Shown here: positions 25,687 to 36,317 of the stretch, one piece after another | Layout: each line of letters opens with the position of its first letter | Position numbering within the stretch: position 1 is the first letter of the stretch | Source: Thermoplasmata archaeon | Lineage (GTDB): Archaea; Thermoplasmatota; Thermoplasmata; UBA10834 | Direction of reading: 5' to 3' | Length of the DNA stretch: 50,906 bases | Assembly: GCA_020696395.1 (NCBI GenBank) | Contig: JAEHCN010000002.1 | Coordinates: 1 to 50,906, forward strand | Program-made: the position numbers and the translations under genes | The notes under the pieces: model-generated | Seen by the model: the letters and a program-made list of their open reading frames with translations, nothing else | Databases searched by the model: none | Told to the model about the DNA's origin: nothing

Positions 25687-26124
25687 TCATTCCTTGACGG
25701 TCGAGAACGACGCGCATGTCAGCGTCCTCGCGACTCCCTCGACGTCCCTGAGCCTGTCGACCACTAGGTTCCCAATCTCCTCCATGCTGGAGCCTCTGAC
25801 TTTCAAGAGGATGTCGTACTCCCCTGACACAAGGTGTACCTCGAATATCCCGGGGATATCGGCGATTTCCTCGGCGGTCTCACGCTGGGACCGTCCTTCA
25901 GCGTGATCGAACTGGGCGAGTATGAACGCGGTCACACCGATGCCTAGCTGGGAGTAGTCCGGGACCGCCGTGTATCGCCTGATGACCCCTCTCGTCTCCA
26001 TGCGTGCGATCCGGTCGTGTACAGTCGCTCGTGGTATGTCCAAGGCTTTGGCGATCGCCTTCGTCGTCTTGCGAGAGTCTTTGGTGAGTTCCTCCAGGAT
26101 CGATCTGTCCTTCTCGTCCAACAT
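25687..26124 (-). CDS. Lrp/AsnC family transcriptional regulator
   Basis: 145 aa. N-terminal HTH (DRSILEELTKDSRKTTKAIAKALDIPRATVHDRIARME) and a C-terminal RAM/ACT-like domain. Confidence 0.9.
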   Translation of the reverse strand: MLDEKDRSILEELTKDSRKTTKAIAKALDIPRATVHDRIARMETRGVIRRYTAVPDYSQLGIGVTAFILAQFDHAEGRSQRETAEEIADIPGIFEVHLVSGEYDILLKVRGSSMEEIGNLVVDRLRDVEGVARTLTCASFSTVKE

Positions 26125-26197
26125 ATATCGTCAATATGACGGAATTAATATATCAATATTGCCATTATCCGGATTGTATCCGTGTTTTCTGCAGATA
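26125..26197. promoter_or_regulatory. A/T-rich divergent promoter/operator region (Lrp gene versus AsnA-like gene)
   Basis: 73-nt spacer with a direct repeat TCAATAT (26131-26137 and 26153-26159), each preceded by ATAT, and TTAATATAT TATA-like sequence. Confidence 0.4.
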
Positions 26198-27163
26198 ATG
26201 CCAAATAGAAGGCCGACGTATCGGCTTTCCGACGGAATGACCATGCAACAGACGATCGCGCGCCTCAAGGACGCGAAGATGACTCACATCCTCAGGATAC
26301 AGAGCGCAGCCCTCAAGGCGACCCACGACTACATGTACGACAGCGGTGTGGTCCAGGGAATGCCCGTTATCCTCTCGCCGGAGACGGACCCGCTGAATCA
26401 CCCCCACTTCGACGCCTCCGTGGACTACTACGGCCAGAGGCTCCATCTCACGAAGAGCATGATACTCCACAAGCAGCTCTCCCTGCTCAACGGGGGCTTC
26501 GACAAGATATACGTCATGTCTCCGAACGTCCGGCTCGAACAGGGCGAGCTTGGGCAGACCGGCAGGCATCTGTTCGAGTTCACCCAGGTCGACATAGAGC
26601 TCAAGGAGAAGACGAAGGGGGATTTCATCAGCCTCGTGGACGGCATGATAGAGAGGGTTTTCGCCTTCGTGACGAGGGAGTGCGCGGCAGACCTCGACGC
26701 GCTCGGCAGGAAGCTCACGGTACCGTCCCTCCCGCTCAGAGTGTACGAGTCGGAGGAGTTGAGAGCGGAGTATGGCGAGGACTTCGAGGCTATGGCCTCC
26801 ATGCGGGAGGAAGACCCCTTCTGGGTACTCAACTTCCCCCGTGAGTTCTACGACAGAGAGGACAAGCGAACGAGAGGATACTTTCACAACTACGACGTCT
26901 TCTGGCCCGAGGGCTACGGAGAGGCCCTCTCCGGTGGTGAGAGGGAATGGGAACACGACGAGATAGTCCGCAAGATGCGGGAGCGCAACACGCCCGTGGA
27001 CGCGTTCAAGACATACCTCGATGTGGCGAGACAGGGACTCATACCAAGGACAGTCGGAGGCGGCCTAGGAATAGAGAGGATGGTTAGGTTCCTCACTGGG
27101 CAGGGGCACGTGAGAGATGTGACACTGTTTCCCAGAGTTCCAGGCGAGAGGATAGGTTTCTGA
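26198..27163 (+). CDS. archaeal asparagine synthetase A-like protein (class II AspRS/AsnRS catalytic-core paralogue without anticodon-binding domain)
   Basis: Class II motifs are present: motif 2-like MSPNVRLE...GRHLFEFTQVD and motif 3 GGGLGIERMVRFLTG. There is no OB-fold N-domain. ATG at 26198 avoids overlap with the Lrp gene. Confidence 0.7.
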   Translation: MPNRRPTYRLSDGMTMQQTIARLKDAKMTHILRIQSAALKATHDYMYDSGVVQGMPVILSPETDPLNHPHFDASVDYYGQRLHLTKSMILHKQLSLLNGGFDKIYVMSPNVRLEQGELGQTGRHLFEFTQVDIELKEKTKGDFISLVDGMIERVFAFVTRECAADLDALGRKLTVPSLPLRVYESEELRAEYGEDFEAMASMREEDPFWVLNFPREFYDREDKRTRGYFHNYDVFWPEGYGEALSGGEREWEHDEIVRKMRERNTPVDAFKTYLDVARQGLIPRTVGGGLGIERMVRFLTGQGHVRDVTLFPRVPGERIGF

Positions 27164-27195
27164 GCGAGACAGCCCGTCGCGATGCCATCCAGTGC

Positions 27196-28104
27196 CTATG
27201 ATATCGACTCGACCCTCGCGCCACCGCCTGGCGTTGTGACGAAGGACTTCGACTCCAATCCCGTCGCACTCCTGAACGCGCGGGTCATCGCCAACCTTAT
27301 CCTCCCGGCGTCACGTTCCGCAAGTGCGAACATGGCTGGGCCGGATCCCGCGAGGGAGATGCCGAGGGCGCCCGCCTCGAGCCCGCTCTCGCGCACCACA
27401 TCGAAGCCGGGCACGAGCTTCTTCCTGTACGGGACAGAAAGGCGATCATCCAGGTATGACCCGACCGCCCGCGCATCACGTCTCATCATCGCGTGCACCA
27501 TTCCAGATGCAAAGGAGAGGTTCCGGACCGCGTCGTCGATCGCGACCTTCTTCGGCAGGACCGCTCTGGCATCCCGTGTCTTCACCGAGATGTCCGGCAT
27601 CAGGACGACGACCTGCAATTCGGGCGGCTTGATTGCGATAATCTTCCTCGCTTCAGCGTCGGCGACCACCGTGAATCCCCCGTAGAGAGCCGCTGCCACG
27701 TTGTCGTAGTGTCTCACACCGGAGACCAGCTCCTCGCCCATGGCCGCGGCCTCGAGTATCACTTCCTTGTCCTTCACGCCAAGAATAGCGGCCATCGCGA
27801 GTGCTCCTCCGACAGACGACGCAGCGCTGCTCCCTATGCCGCTTCCTGGTTTCATTCCCTTCTTGACGGTCATGGTGAAGCCCTGCTTCCCGTTGTCGCA
27901 GAGCTCGGCCAGCCTCATGGCTGCGTACGAGGACGTGTTCTCCTCCGAGGCGGTGGGGACTTCGTACTTGCCGGTCACTCTTAGGGCGACACTGCCCTTC
28001 CCGGTCCGCCTGATGGATATCCTGTCGATCGGGGAGGCCAGACAGAGTCCGAACGAGTCGAAGCCCGGGCCGAAGTTGGCGATCGTGGCAGGCGAGGTGA
28101 CCAT
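27196..28104 (-). CDS. thrB: homoserine kinase
   Basis: MVTSPATIANFGPGFD N-terminus and GHMP motif PGSGIGSSAASSVG. The ORF is open to 28173, with alternative ATGs at 28122 and 28173. Confidence 0.9.
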   Translation of the reverse strand: MVTSPATIANFGPGFDSFGLCLASPIDRISIRRTGKGSVALRVTGKYEVPTASEENTSSYAAMRLAELCDNGKQGFTMTVKKGMKPGSGIGSSAASSVGGALAMAAILGVKDKEVILEAAAMGEELVSGVRHYDNVAAALYGGFTVVADAEARKIIAIKPPELQVVVLMPDISVKTRDARAVLPKKVAIDDAVRNLSFASGMVHAMMRRDARAVGSYLDDRLSVPYRKKLVPGFDVVRESGLEAGALGISLAGSGPAMFALAERDAGRIRLAMTRAFRSATGLESKSFVTTPGGGARVESIS

Positions 28105-28247
28105 TGCCTTATCAGATCTCATCGAAGATACCTGATCGACTGAGATGCTGTGATGGCATATTAAACCACACACAGAGGCTCACGGACGCGGCTGGGAACT
28201 GGCCGTTTGCGGCATCCGCAAAGACCCATGCCAGGAGCTGCGAAGGG

Positions 28248-28255
28248 CTTATATG
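28248..28255 (+). promoter_or_regulatory. candidate TATA box for thrC operon
   Basis: CTTATATG, 45-52 nt upstream of the thrC ATG at 28300. Confidence 0.3.
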
Positions 28256-28299
28256 TCGCACAACCATAGCAGGCGCGGATTCCGCGGGGAAAGGTCGTC

Positions 28300-29535
28300 A
28301 TGGTCTCCTACGAGATAAGATGCATCGAATGTGGACAGGTACACGAGACGGATAGGCCTGCCTATGCATGCTCCTCGTGCGGTGACCTTCTGGAAGCCGT
28401 AATCGACGAAGACGAGGCGGCTCAACTGCTCGAAGAGAACGAATACGACAGCCGGCCGCTGTCGGTCTGGAGATACCGTGAGGCCATCCCAGTCGAGGAG
28501 GAGACGCGCGTGGTCTCCCTGATGGAAGGGGGAACCCCCCTCATCCGGTGTAGGCGGCTGGAGGAGGAGCTCGGGGTGAAGAACCTCTGGATCAAGTTCG
28601 AGGGCACCAACCCGACTGGCTCCTTCAAGGACAGGGGCATGACCGTCGGAGTGACGAAGGCCCTGGAGCTCGGCATGAAGGTCGTGACGTGCGCCTCGAC
28701 CGGGAACACGTCGGCGTCCCTCGCCGCGTATGCAGCACTCGCGGACCTTGACTGCGTGGTATTGATACCCGAAGGGAAGATCGCTCTCGGGAAGCTGGCC
28801 CAGGCGATGATGCACGGAGCGGACGTGCTGGCCATAAAGGGCAACTTCGACCAGGCAATGGACCTGGTCATGAGGGCGTCCGATGACCTCGGCATGTATG
28901 TCCTCAACTCGGTCAACCCGTTCAGGATAGAAGGGCAGAAGACCGCAGCCTACGAGATCTGCGACCAGCTCGGGGGCACGACCCCCGAGGTCCTGTACAT
29001 CCCGGTCGGAAACGGGGGCAACTCCTCAGCATACTGGAAGGGGTTCAAGGAGTACGACACGATGGACATGGTCTCCGGCTGCCCGTCCATAAGGGGTGTG
29101 CAGGCGGATGGAGCAGCGCCGATAGCTGCGATGTTCGAGGAAAACAGCACGGAGCTGACGCCCGTGGAGACGCCGGACACCGTCGCCACAGCCATCCGGA
29201 TAGGCAACCCTGCGAACTGGACCAAGACGGTGAGGGCGCTCAGGGAATCGGGCGGGGCCGCGTTCTCCGTCCCCGATGAGGAGATACTCGAAGCGCAGAA
29301 GTTCATGGCGCGTCTAGAGGGCATATTCCCTGAACCTGCCGGAGCCGCTGCGCTCGCGGGCCTGATGAGAGACCTCGAGGAGGACCTCGTCGACCGGTCG
29401 TCGCTCATAGTCTGCGTCTCGACGGGACACGGCCTCAAAGACCCGGATACCGCCATATCCCAGAGCGTGAGACCCAGGGCGATAGACCCGACGATGGAGG
29501 CGCTCTCCAGAGTACTCGGAGGTCCGAAGGAATGA
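28300..29535 (+). CDS. thrC: threonine synthase
   Basis: N-terminal zinc ribbon (CIECG...CSSCG) and PLP-lysine motif FEGTNPTGSFKDRGM. 411 aa. Confidence 0.92.
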   Translation: MVSYEIRCIECGQVHETDRPAYACSSCGDLLEAVIDEDEAAQLLEENEYDSRPLSVWRYREAIPVEEETRVVSLMEGGTPLIRCRRLEEELGVKNLWIKFEGTNPTGSFKDRGMTVGVTKALELGMKVVTCASTGNTSASLAAYAALADLDCVVLIPEGKIALGKLAQAMMHGADVLAIKGNFDQAMDLVMRASDDLGMYVLNSVNPFRIEGQKTAAYEICDQLGGTTPEVLYIPVGNGGNSSAYWKGFKEYDTMDMVSGCPSIRGVQADGAAPIAAMFEENSTELTPVETPDTVATAIRIGNPANWTKTVRALRESGGAAFSVPDEEILEAQKFMARLEGIFPEPAGAAALAGLMRDLEEDLVDRSSLIVCVSTGHGLKDPDTAISQSVRPRAIDPTMEALSRVLGGPKE

Positions 29536-30548
29536 GGGTCGTACTTATCGGCTTCGGCGTCGTCTCGCGCAGCTTCGCGGAGATAATCCATACCCAAGCG
29601 AGCGGCCTCACCAGGGATTACGGCCTGCGTCCCAGGGTGGTGGGCATCGTCGACAGCAGGGGGGCCGCGACCTCCGCAGACGGCATCGACATCCAGACGG
29701 CCCTGAAGTCGAAGGAGGCGACAGGTACGCTCGAGGAGCTGGGGCCGAACATCTACACGGAGGGCAAGGGCGCCCTCGACGTCATAAGGGAGGTCGACTG
29801 CGAAGTCGTCGTCGAGGCGACCCCCAGCGAGTTGACGACGGGAGAGCCTGGGCTGAGCCATGTCCGCACCGCGATGAAGGAGGGCAGACATGTCATCTGC
29901 GTGAACAAGGGCCCTCTGGCGCTCGCCATGCCGGCATTGATGGAGCTGGCCAACCACAACGACATCAAGTTCAAGTTCAGTGGCACGGTAGGAGGGGGGA
30001 CACCGGTCCTCGACCTCGCCAAGAAGTGCCTCGAGGGATGCACCATAAACTCGATCAAGGGTATCCTCAACGGGACATGCAACTACATACTCACCAAGAT
30101 GACCTCGGAGGGCGTCGAGATGAAGGACGCGCTCGCGGAGGCTCAGAGGCTCGGATACGCGGAGGCGGATCCCACGGCGGACGTGGACGGCTTCGACAGC
30201 GCGTGCAAGCTCGTGATCACTTCGAACTACGTGTTGGGCACGTCCCTGTCGGTCAAGGATGTGGACATAACGGGTATCACCGGCGTGACGAAAGAGGACA
30301 TCGCAGCTGCTGAGGCGGACGCGAAGGCCATGAAGCTGATAGGCTTCGTCGGAGACAGGGCCAGGGTGGCCCCTGAGCTGGTGCCTGTCACGCACCCGCT
30401 AAACGTATCAGGAACTTTCAACGCCATCACATTCGATACGGATCCCGCAGGAGAGATAACGCTGGTCGGCAAGGGGGCGGGCGGCAGGGAGACGGCGAGC
30501 TCCGTACTGCGCGACCTGATCGAGATCAGGAAGGATTTCACAAGATAG
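29532..30548 (+). CDS. hom: homoserine dehydrogenase
   Basis: MRVVLIGFGVVS Rossmann N-terminus and a homoserine-DH catalytic domain (GILNGTCNYILTKM). The ATGA overlap with the thrC stop suggests translational coupling. Confidence 0.9.
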   Translation: MRVVLIGFGVVSRSFAEIIHTQASGLTRDYGLRPRVVGIVDSRGAATSADGIDIQTALKSKEATGTLEELGPNIYTEGKGALDVIREVDCEVVVEATPSELTTGEPGLSHVRTAMKEGRHVICVNKGPLALAMPALMELANHNDIKFKFSGTVGGGTPVLDLAKKCLEGCTINSIKGILNGTCNYILTKMTSEGVEMKDALAEAQRLGYAEADPTADVDGFDSACKLVITSNYVLGTSLSVKDVDITGITGVTKEDIAAAEADAKAMKLIGFVGDRARVAPELVPVTHPLNVSGTFNAITFDTDPAGEITLVGKGAGGRETASSVLRDLIEIRKDFTR

Positions 30549-30581
30549 AGAGGCGATGTCTGAGGACCCAGGTGCTGGACA

Positions 30582-31991
30582 ATGAAGATAGTCATGAAAT
30601 TCGGCGGTGTGAGCGTGGCTGACGGCGAGAGCATGAGGAACGTCGGCAAGATAGTCGAGAGATTCCGAGCCGAAGGAAACGATGTCGTCGTAGTGACATC
30701 TGCCATGTTCAACGTGACGAACTCCCTCCTGGACGCCGCCACAAGAGCGGGGAAGGGGCAGAGGGAGCACGTCCTCAAGTTCGTCGAGGACACAAGGGCG
30801 AGGCACATCCAAAGCGCGAGGACTGCGATGAGCGACAAGAATGTGCTCGAAAGGACGATCCAGGCCGTCGAGTCCAAGTGCGATGATCTGAAGAACATTC
30901 TACTCGGTATCGCCCACATCGGAGAGCTCACGCCCAGGTCAAAGGACTTCGTCGTCGGGTTCGGCGAGAGATTCTCCGCGCCGATACTCCAGGGGGTCCT
31001 TGAGGACCAGGGGATGAAGGCGAAGGCCTTGACCGGAGGGGAGGCCGGGATAATCACGGACGACCACTTCGGCTGGGCTGAGCCGCTGATGAATGTGACG
31101 ACCCTCGAGGTACGGCAGGTGATAGACCCGCTCGTCGAGAAGGGAGTCGTTCCGGTCGTGGGCGGGTTCATCGCCGCCACGCAGGACGGCACACACACGA
31201 CCCTCGGACGAGGAGGCTCGGACTTCACTGCGTCCATCATAGGCGCGGCGATACGGGCCGACGAGGTATGGGTCTGGAAGGATGTCGAGGGGCTCATGAC
31301 CGCGAACCCGGCGATTGTGAAGGACGCGCGCATGATTGACAGGATCTCCTTCTCCGAGGCGATGGAGCTCGCGCACTTCGGCGCCCAGGTGATACACCCG
31401 AAGGCCCTGGAGAGCGCTGGTAGGTTCCAGCTGCCGTTCCGAGTCAAGAGCTTGTCGAACGCAGACGGCCCCGGGACACTCATAGTGAAGGAGGTCAAGG
31501 TGAAGGACGGCAACGTCGTGAAGGCGATAACGAACATCGACGATGTCGACCTCATCACGGTCAGCGGCGCGAGCATGGTGGGCACCCCGCGGCTGGCCGC
31601 GAGAGTGCTGGAGATCCTCACGGACGAGGACATCGACGTGCTGATGATATCGCAGAGCTCCTCCGAGGAGAGCATCACCCTCGCCATACCGAAGACCGAC
31701 GGTTCCAAGGCCCAGAACGCCCTCGAACTATCCCTTCTGGGGTCCAAGCAGGTGCGGGAGGTGTCTATCGAGGCCGGCCTGAGCATCCTGGCCGTCGTCG
31801 GAGCCGGGATGAGGGGCACGCCTGGGGTGGCCGCTCGCGTGTTCGGGACGATGGCAGCCAACGATGTCAACATACGTGCGATAGCCCAGGGATCATCCGA
31901 GCTGAACATATCGTTCATAATCCGAAAGCAGGACGCGCCGAAGGCGATAACCGCCCTTCACGCAGACTTCAAGCTGGGAGAGTGCGCCTGA
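30582..31991 (+). CDS. lysC: aspartate kinase (with two ACT domains)
   Basis: MKIVMKFGGVSV, GRGGSDFTAS and C-terminal ACT repeats. 469 aa. Confidence 0.92.
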   Translation: MKIVMKFGGVSVADGESMRNVGKIVERFRAEGNDVVVVTSAMFNVTNSLLDAATRAGKGQREHVLKFVEDTRARHIQSARTAMSDKNVLERTIQAVESKCDDLKNILLGIAHIGELTPRSKDFVVGFGERFSAPILQGVLEDQGMKAKALTGGEAGIITDDHFGWAEPLMNVTTLEVRQVIDPLVEKGVVPVVGGFIAATQDGTHTTLGRGGSDFTASIIGAAIRADEVWVWKDVEGLMTANPAIVKDARMIDRISFSEAMELAHFGAQVIHPKALESAGRFQLPFRVKSLSNADGPGTLIVKEVKVKDGNVVKAITNIDDVDLITVSGASMVGTPRLAARVLEILTDEDIDVLMISQSSSEESITLAIPKTDGSKAQNALELSLLGSKQVREVSIEAGLSILAVVGAGMRGTPGVAARVFGTMAANDVNIRAIAQGSSELNISFIIRKQDAPKAITALHADFKLGECA

Positions 31992-33671
31992 ATGGCGAAA
32001 GGCAGGCCGATCCTCAGGAGCGAGGCGATGAAGAAAGGCGAGTCCAGGGCGGCCGCACGCGGCCTTCTCCGGGCGACCGGTTTCGAGGATGATGACTTCG
32101 ACAGGCCGCTCATCGCAGTCGCCAACTCGTTCAACACGATCGTACCAGGGCACATCCACATGGGCCCGCTCGTCGCGGAGGTCAAGCGCGGGATAGAGGA
32201 TGCGGGCGGAAAGGCGTTCGAGTTCGGAATCCCCGGGATATGCGACGGGATCGCCATGGGACTTCCTGGCATGAGGTACTCGCTGCCGTCGCGTGAGATC
32301 GTGGCCGACGCCACAGAGGCGATGGTGGAGGCGCATGTCGCAGATGGCTGGGTCGGCGTCACGAACTGCGACAAGATAACTCCTGGCATGCTGATGGCGT
32401 GCGGCAGGATGGACGTCCCCTCGGTCATGCTCACGGCAGGCCCCATGATGCCGGGTGAATACAAGGGGCGAAGGCTCGACGTCATATCGATATTCGAGGC
32501 GGTCGGGGAGCTCGCCGCGGGACGCATAGACGATGACGATTTCAGAGAGATAGAGAGACGGGCGTGTCCAGGTGCGGGCTCGTGCGCCGGACTGTTCACT
32601 GCGAACACGATGGCATGCATGACGGAGGCGCTCGGGCTGAGCGTCCCGGGCTGCGCGACCAGCCACGCCCTGACGGAGACGAAGAGGGAGATGGCGTACG
32701 AGACCGGTAAGCTGGCAGTCGAACTGGTCCGTAAGGGCACTCGGCCGAGGGACATCGTCGACGAGAAGAGCTTCGAGAACGCCGTGAGGGTCGACAACGC
32801 GATCGGCGGCTCGACCAATACATGCCTCCACCTCATCGCGATAGCCAAGGAGTTCGGGGTCGCCCTCGACCTGGATGTGTTCGACAAGGTCTCGCGGGTG
32901 ACGAAGCACATAGTGGCCCTGCGGCCGGGTGGAGAGCATTTCATGATAGACCTTGACGAAGCGGGAGGCATACCTGGCGTCCTGCACGTACTGATGCCCG
33001 CGTTGCACGACGCGAAAACCGTGACGGGCAAGAGCATACTGCGGATCGCCGAGGAGGCGAAGGTCGCGGAGAGCAACGTGATAAGGAGCCTGGACAACGC
33101 CTACCACGAGGAGGGAGGCATCGCGGCGCTCAGAGGAAGCCTCGCAGAAGAAGGATGCGTCGTCAAGCAGTCGGCTGTGGTCGCATCCATGCGACGTTTC
33201 GAGGGGCCTGCAAGAGCGTTCGACTCCGAGGACGATGCGACGAAGGCGATGCTGGCGGGAGAGATAATGAAAGGCGACGCAGTGGTCATAAGGTATCAAG
33301 GTCCGAAGGGCGCTCCGGGGATGCCGGAGATGCTCGGACCGACGTCGATCCTCACGGGCCTCGGCCTGGGCGAATCGGTCGCGCTCGTCACGGACGGACG
33401 TTTCTCGGGTGGCACGAGAGGCCTCTGCGTCGGCCACGTCTCCCCTGAGGCGTACGTCGGCGGGGCGCTGGCAGCTCTGCGGGACGGGGACATCATAAGG
33501 ATCGACCTCGACGCAAGAGACATCGACGTCCTGATATCCGAGAGGGAGATCAAGGCGAGGCTGAAGGAGCGGAGGATGCCGGAGCAGAAGGTCGGCGGGT
33601 ACTTGCGGAGATACAGGGACCAGGTGTCGTCAGCCAGCCTCGGGGCCGTGCTGCAGACCAGCAGCAGATGA
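31992..33671 (+). CDS. ilvD: dihydroxy-acid dehydratase
   Basis: IlvD/Edd blocks [27 protein letters not shown] and GRFSGGTRG. The start abuts the lysC stop. Confidence 0.92.
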   Translation: MAKGRPILRSEAMKKGESRAAARGLLRATGFEDDDFDRPLIAVANSFNTIVPGHIHMGPLVAEVKRGIEDAGGKAFEFGIPGICDGIAMGLPGMRYSLPSREIVADATEAMVEAHVADGWVGVTNCDKITPGMLMACGRMDVPSVMLTAGPMMPGEYKGRRLDVISIFEAVGELAAGRIDDDDFREIERRACPGAGSCAGLFTANTMACMTEALGLSVPGCATSHALTETKREMAYETGKLAVELVRKGTRPRDIVDEKSFENAVRVDNAIGGSTNTCLHLIAIAKEFGVALDLDVFDKVSRVTKHIVALRPGGEHFMIDLDEAGGIPGVLHVLMPALHDAKTVTGKSILRIAEEAKVAESNVIRSLDNAYHEEGGIAALRGSLAEEGCVVKQSAVVASMRRFEGPARAFDSEDDATKAMLAGEIMKGDAVVIRYQGPKGAPGMPEMLGPTSILTGLGLGESVALVTDGRFSGGTRGLCVGHVSPEAYVGGALAALRDGDIIRIDLDARDIDVLISEREIKARLKERRMPEQKVGGYLRRYRDQVSSASLGAVLQTSSR

Positions 33672-33791
33672 ACCGCGCCAGAGAAGGGTTTGCGCGAGAG
33701 TCGTTAGAGAGGAACTTCTAAGCTGCAGCAAGTAAAGTACTTGGACGTGGGATTCGTTCCACCTCTGAGGGTGATTGGGGAGTGTTGATTC

Positions 33792-35147
33792 GTGATCGAT
33801 CTTGAGCACTTGATCGTGACTGGCGCCCCGAGGTTTATCGGATTGGCACTCATCGCCTACTCGCTCTTCCTCATTTACCGTGTCAGAGTGCGATTCTTCG
33901 CGGTCATCAGAGGCCTGGTCGTCGTATCCTTCGTCATCACGATCATGCTCCTATGGATATTCGAGACGGCCTGGTTGCTTACCGGAGGCGAGGACCGTGT
34001 CCACGACCCGATCATCGGAATATGCTTTGTGGTCGTGACATCCTGGCTGTCGGTCTGGGCCGTGGCTGTCACGACGAGATATCGAACACAGTTCACCACG
34101 TCGGCGTTCAGGGAGTGGATGGCCGCCAAGCCTGTCAACTTGGTGACCGTCTGGGGAGCGACGGGGCTTCTGGTGCTCGTCATGGGGATGGTCATCGGCC
34201 CTGTCGGAGAGAAAGACCTCGGGGCGGATGGCTGGTTCCTGGCAGTCGTCCTCGGATACCTCCTCACATCCATCGCCCTCGATGTGGCCATGCCGATTTC
34301 CGCCAAGAGGAGAGGGAACCTCAGAAGGCTAAACCACAAGGAGAGGCTGGGCTTGGCTCTGCTGGTAGGCTCATGGATCGGAATTCCATCCTTAGAGTAC
34401 TTCTTCCACCTGTACTACAGGCACGCCGGAGACGTGATCTACGACTACGCTTACTCGTGGATGATGTTCGCGATGTTCGTCTTCCTCCTGAAATCGGTCA
34501 CGACCCGCAGCTTCAGCGCGCTGGTCGTCGACGCCGAGGTAGAAATGACGGAGCGTGGCGGGTTCAGGTCGTACGACATACCCCGAGGGGTTTACCTATA
34601 CGAGGACGAAGACAGCAGGTCAGCGACCGACCTGTTCGCCGAACTGGTCACCCTGCCCCTCCGGCCCGATGTCGCGATACCGGAGAAGGATAGCGGTACA
34701 TCGGACACCCTCGCGTTCCTCATACCGAAAGGGCTGATGGTGACGAGAGTCTTCCCGGAGCGCATAAGGGAGGAGTATCACCTCAAGGTTACCCCCATAA
34801 TCTGGCTGACTGAGTCTACTGGCGACAGGAGGATCCCTCCCACGAGCATCGCGCTCCTGACGGACGCGCTGATCCGGTTCATGGAAGGCAACCCGAACAG
34901 CATAGTCCTCGTCGACGGTGTGGAGTACCTGCTCACGTTCAACGACTTCAACAGGGTGCTCAGATCGTTGGACGCGCTCAACGAGACGACATGGATAACC
35001 CGGTCCAGACTGATAATCTCGGTCAACCCCGAGGCCTTCGACTCCCAACAGATCGCGATGCTCGAGCGGGATCGGATAGTCATCGTTGGAGGGGAAGGGC
35101 TCGAGGAACTGAAGAATTCATCTCGGAAGCTCGCCCGGCAGCAGTAG
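33792..35147 (+). CDS. multi-pass membrane protein with C-terminal DUF835 domain
   Basis: 451 aa with GTG start and about 7-8 TM helices. The C-terminus reads RGVYLYEDE...GLMVTRVFP...IIWLTES...IPP...IVLVDGVEYLL.FNDFN.VL..L..L.E...FDSQQIAMLER, paralogous to 3835-4413. Confidence 0.7.
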   Translation: MIDLEHLIVTGAPRFIGLALIAYSLFLIYRVRVRFFAVIRGLVVVSFVITIMLLWIFETAWLLTGGEDRVHDPIIGICFVVVTSWLSVWAVAVTTRYRTQFTTSAFREWMAAKPVNLVTVWGATGLLVLVMGMVIGPVGEKDLGADGWFLAVVLGYLLTSIALDVAMPISAKRRGNLRRLNHKERLGLALLVGSWIGIPSLEYFFHLYYRHAGDVIYDYAYSWMMFAMFVFLLKSVTTRSFSALVVDAEVEMTERGGFRSYDIPRGVYLYEDEDSRSATDLFAELVTLPLRPDVAIPEKDSGTSDTLAFLIPKGLMVTRVFPERIREEYHLKVTPIIWLTESTGDRRIPPTSIALLTDALIRFMEGNPNSIVLVDGVEYLLTFNDFNRVLRSLDALNETTWITRSRLIISVNPEAFDSQQIAMLERDRIVIVGGEGLEELKNSSRKLARQQ

Positions 35148-35162
35148 TGGGAGGCGCCCATC

Positions 35163-36125
35163 CTACCCGTCGTTCTCCATCCATCCGCTCGCCTTCTTGT
35201 ATGAGCCGAGGACTTTCACGAACGCACCAGACTTGAGAAGGCCGCCGACCGCTGCGTGGCAGCCCGGGTCATCCATGCTCCCGTCGAAATCCGCGTAGAA
35301 CACGTAGACCCAAGCCTTGTTCCTGCGGGGCCGAGACTCCAGTTTGGTGAGATTGATGCCCCTCGAAGCCAGCTCGCCCATGGCCCTGTGCAAGGCTCCA
35401 GGGACATTCTTCGTCGCGAACACGATGGACGTCTTGTCCGCGTCCGGGACGGGCGCGGGGTTCTTCTCGAGCACGAAGAAACGTGTGTAGTTGAAAGTCT
35501 CACTCTGGATGTCCTCCTTGAGAATCTCCAGGCCGTACACGCTCGCTGCGCGTCTACTGGCTATCGCCGCCTGATCGAGGCGCTTGGACTCGGAGACGGC
35601 CCTGGCACTGCCGGCAGTGTCGTAGGTCGGAATCACGTGCCAGTCAGGGCGGCTCTGGAGGAACTTGCGGCACTGTCCGAGCGCCTGGGGATGGCTCAAG
35701 ACCTCCTTGATCGATGCGAGGTCCGCGCCCGGGCTCACCATGAGGCAGTGCTTCACAGGCACTATCACCTCTCCAGATACTGTCAGGTCGTGGTCGAGGA
35801 GAAGGTCGTTCACCTGGGTCACGCTGCCCTCCAAGGAGTTCTCGACGGGGACGATGGCATGCGTGGCGGTATCCTGCTCAACGGCCTCGAAAGTCGTCTT
35901 GAAGTCAGGATGCGGTTCCGTGCGCACGTCGTTCCTGAAGTATCTGAAGCAAGCATCCTCGGAATACGCCCCTCTCTCGCCCTGGAAGGCCACTACCAGA
36001 TTATCTCTCTCCAATGTAATCGCTCGGCGTACATCTACGTGCCTATTTCTACCCTTCCCAAGAGAAATCGGGACCAGCAGCACGGGACGATGTACAGAAC
36101 TGTCCAGCAGATTGGGGCGTTCCAT
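35163..36125 (-). CDS. pheA: prephenate dehydratase (PDT plus ACT domain)
   Basis: VVAFQGERGAYSE, TRF and ESRP motifs. The 37-aa N-terminal extension is atypical, so a TTG at 36014 is a plausible true start. Confidence 0.85.
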   Translation of the reverse strand: MERPNLLDSSVHRPVLLVPISLGKGRNRHVDVRRAITLERDNLVVAFQGERGAYSEDACFRYFRNDVRTEPHPDFKTTFEAVEQDTATHAIVPVENSLEGSVTQVNDLLLDHDLTVSGEVIVPVKHCLMVSPGADLASIKEVLSHPQALGQCRKFLQSRPDWHVIPTYDTAGSARAVSESKRLDQAAIASRRAASVYGLEILKEDIQSETFNYTRFFVLEKNPAPVPDADKTSIVFATKNVPGALHRAMGELASRGINLTKLESRPRRNKAWVYVFYADFDGSMDDPGCHAAVGGLLKSGAFVKVLGSYKKASGWMENDG

Positions 36126-36317
36126 GAATATTCATCCGCAAAGATTTATACTGGTTTAGGCCATCCCCGACTTGGTCATCCCTCAAGGGATTGGCCGCAC
36201 CGCATTGGAGAGAGGAAGAATGGCACACGGATCCACAGGTCTGCTGTTTCTGCTGCCCTTGGGGCTTATTCTTCTAGCCTGAGTGCTGTGCATTGCTGAA
36301 TTCTGGGGAGTGTTCCG

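Noticed and set aside
25970-26197. Long N-terminal extensions offered by the ORF track: AsnA-like from 25970, OppB from 16531, LeuD from 39117, Sacchrp_dh from 40725 and MttB-2 from 24185.
   Set aside because: The extensions overlap the preceding or divergent gene or lack homology. Internal ATGs give N-termini typical of each family, and in several cases they form ATGA or close-coupled junctions.
28950-33437. Very long minus-strand ORFs (481, 563, 514 and 379 aa) opposite thrC, hom, lysC and ilvD.
   Set aside because: The plus-strand genes carry unambiguous enzyme signatures. The antisense products are Ser/Arg/Pro-rich with no recognisable domains, so they are GC-driven shadow ORFs.
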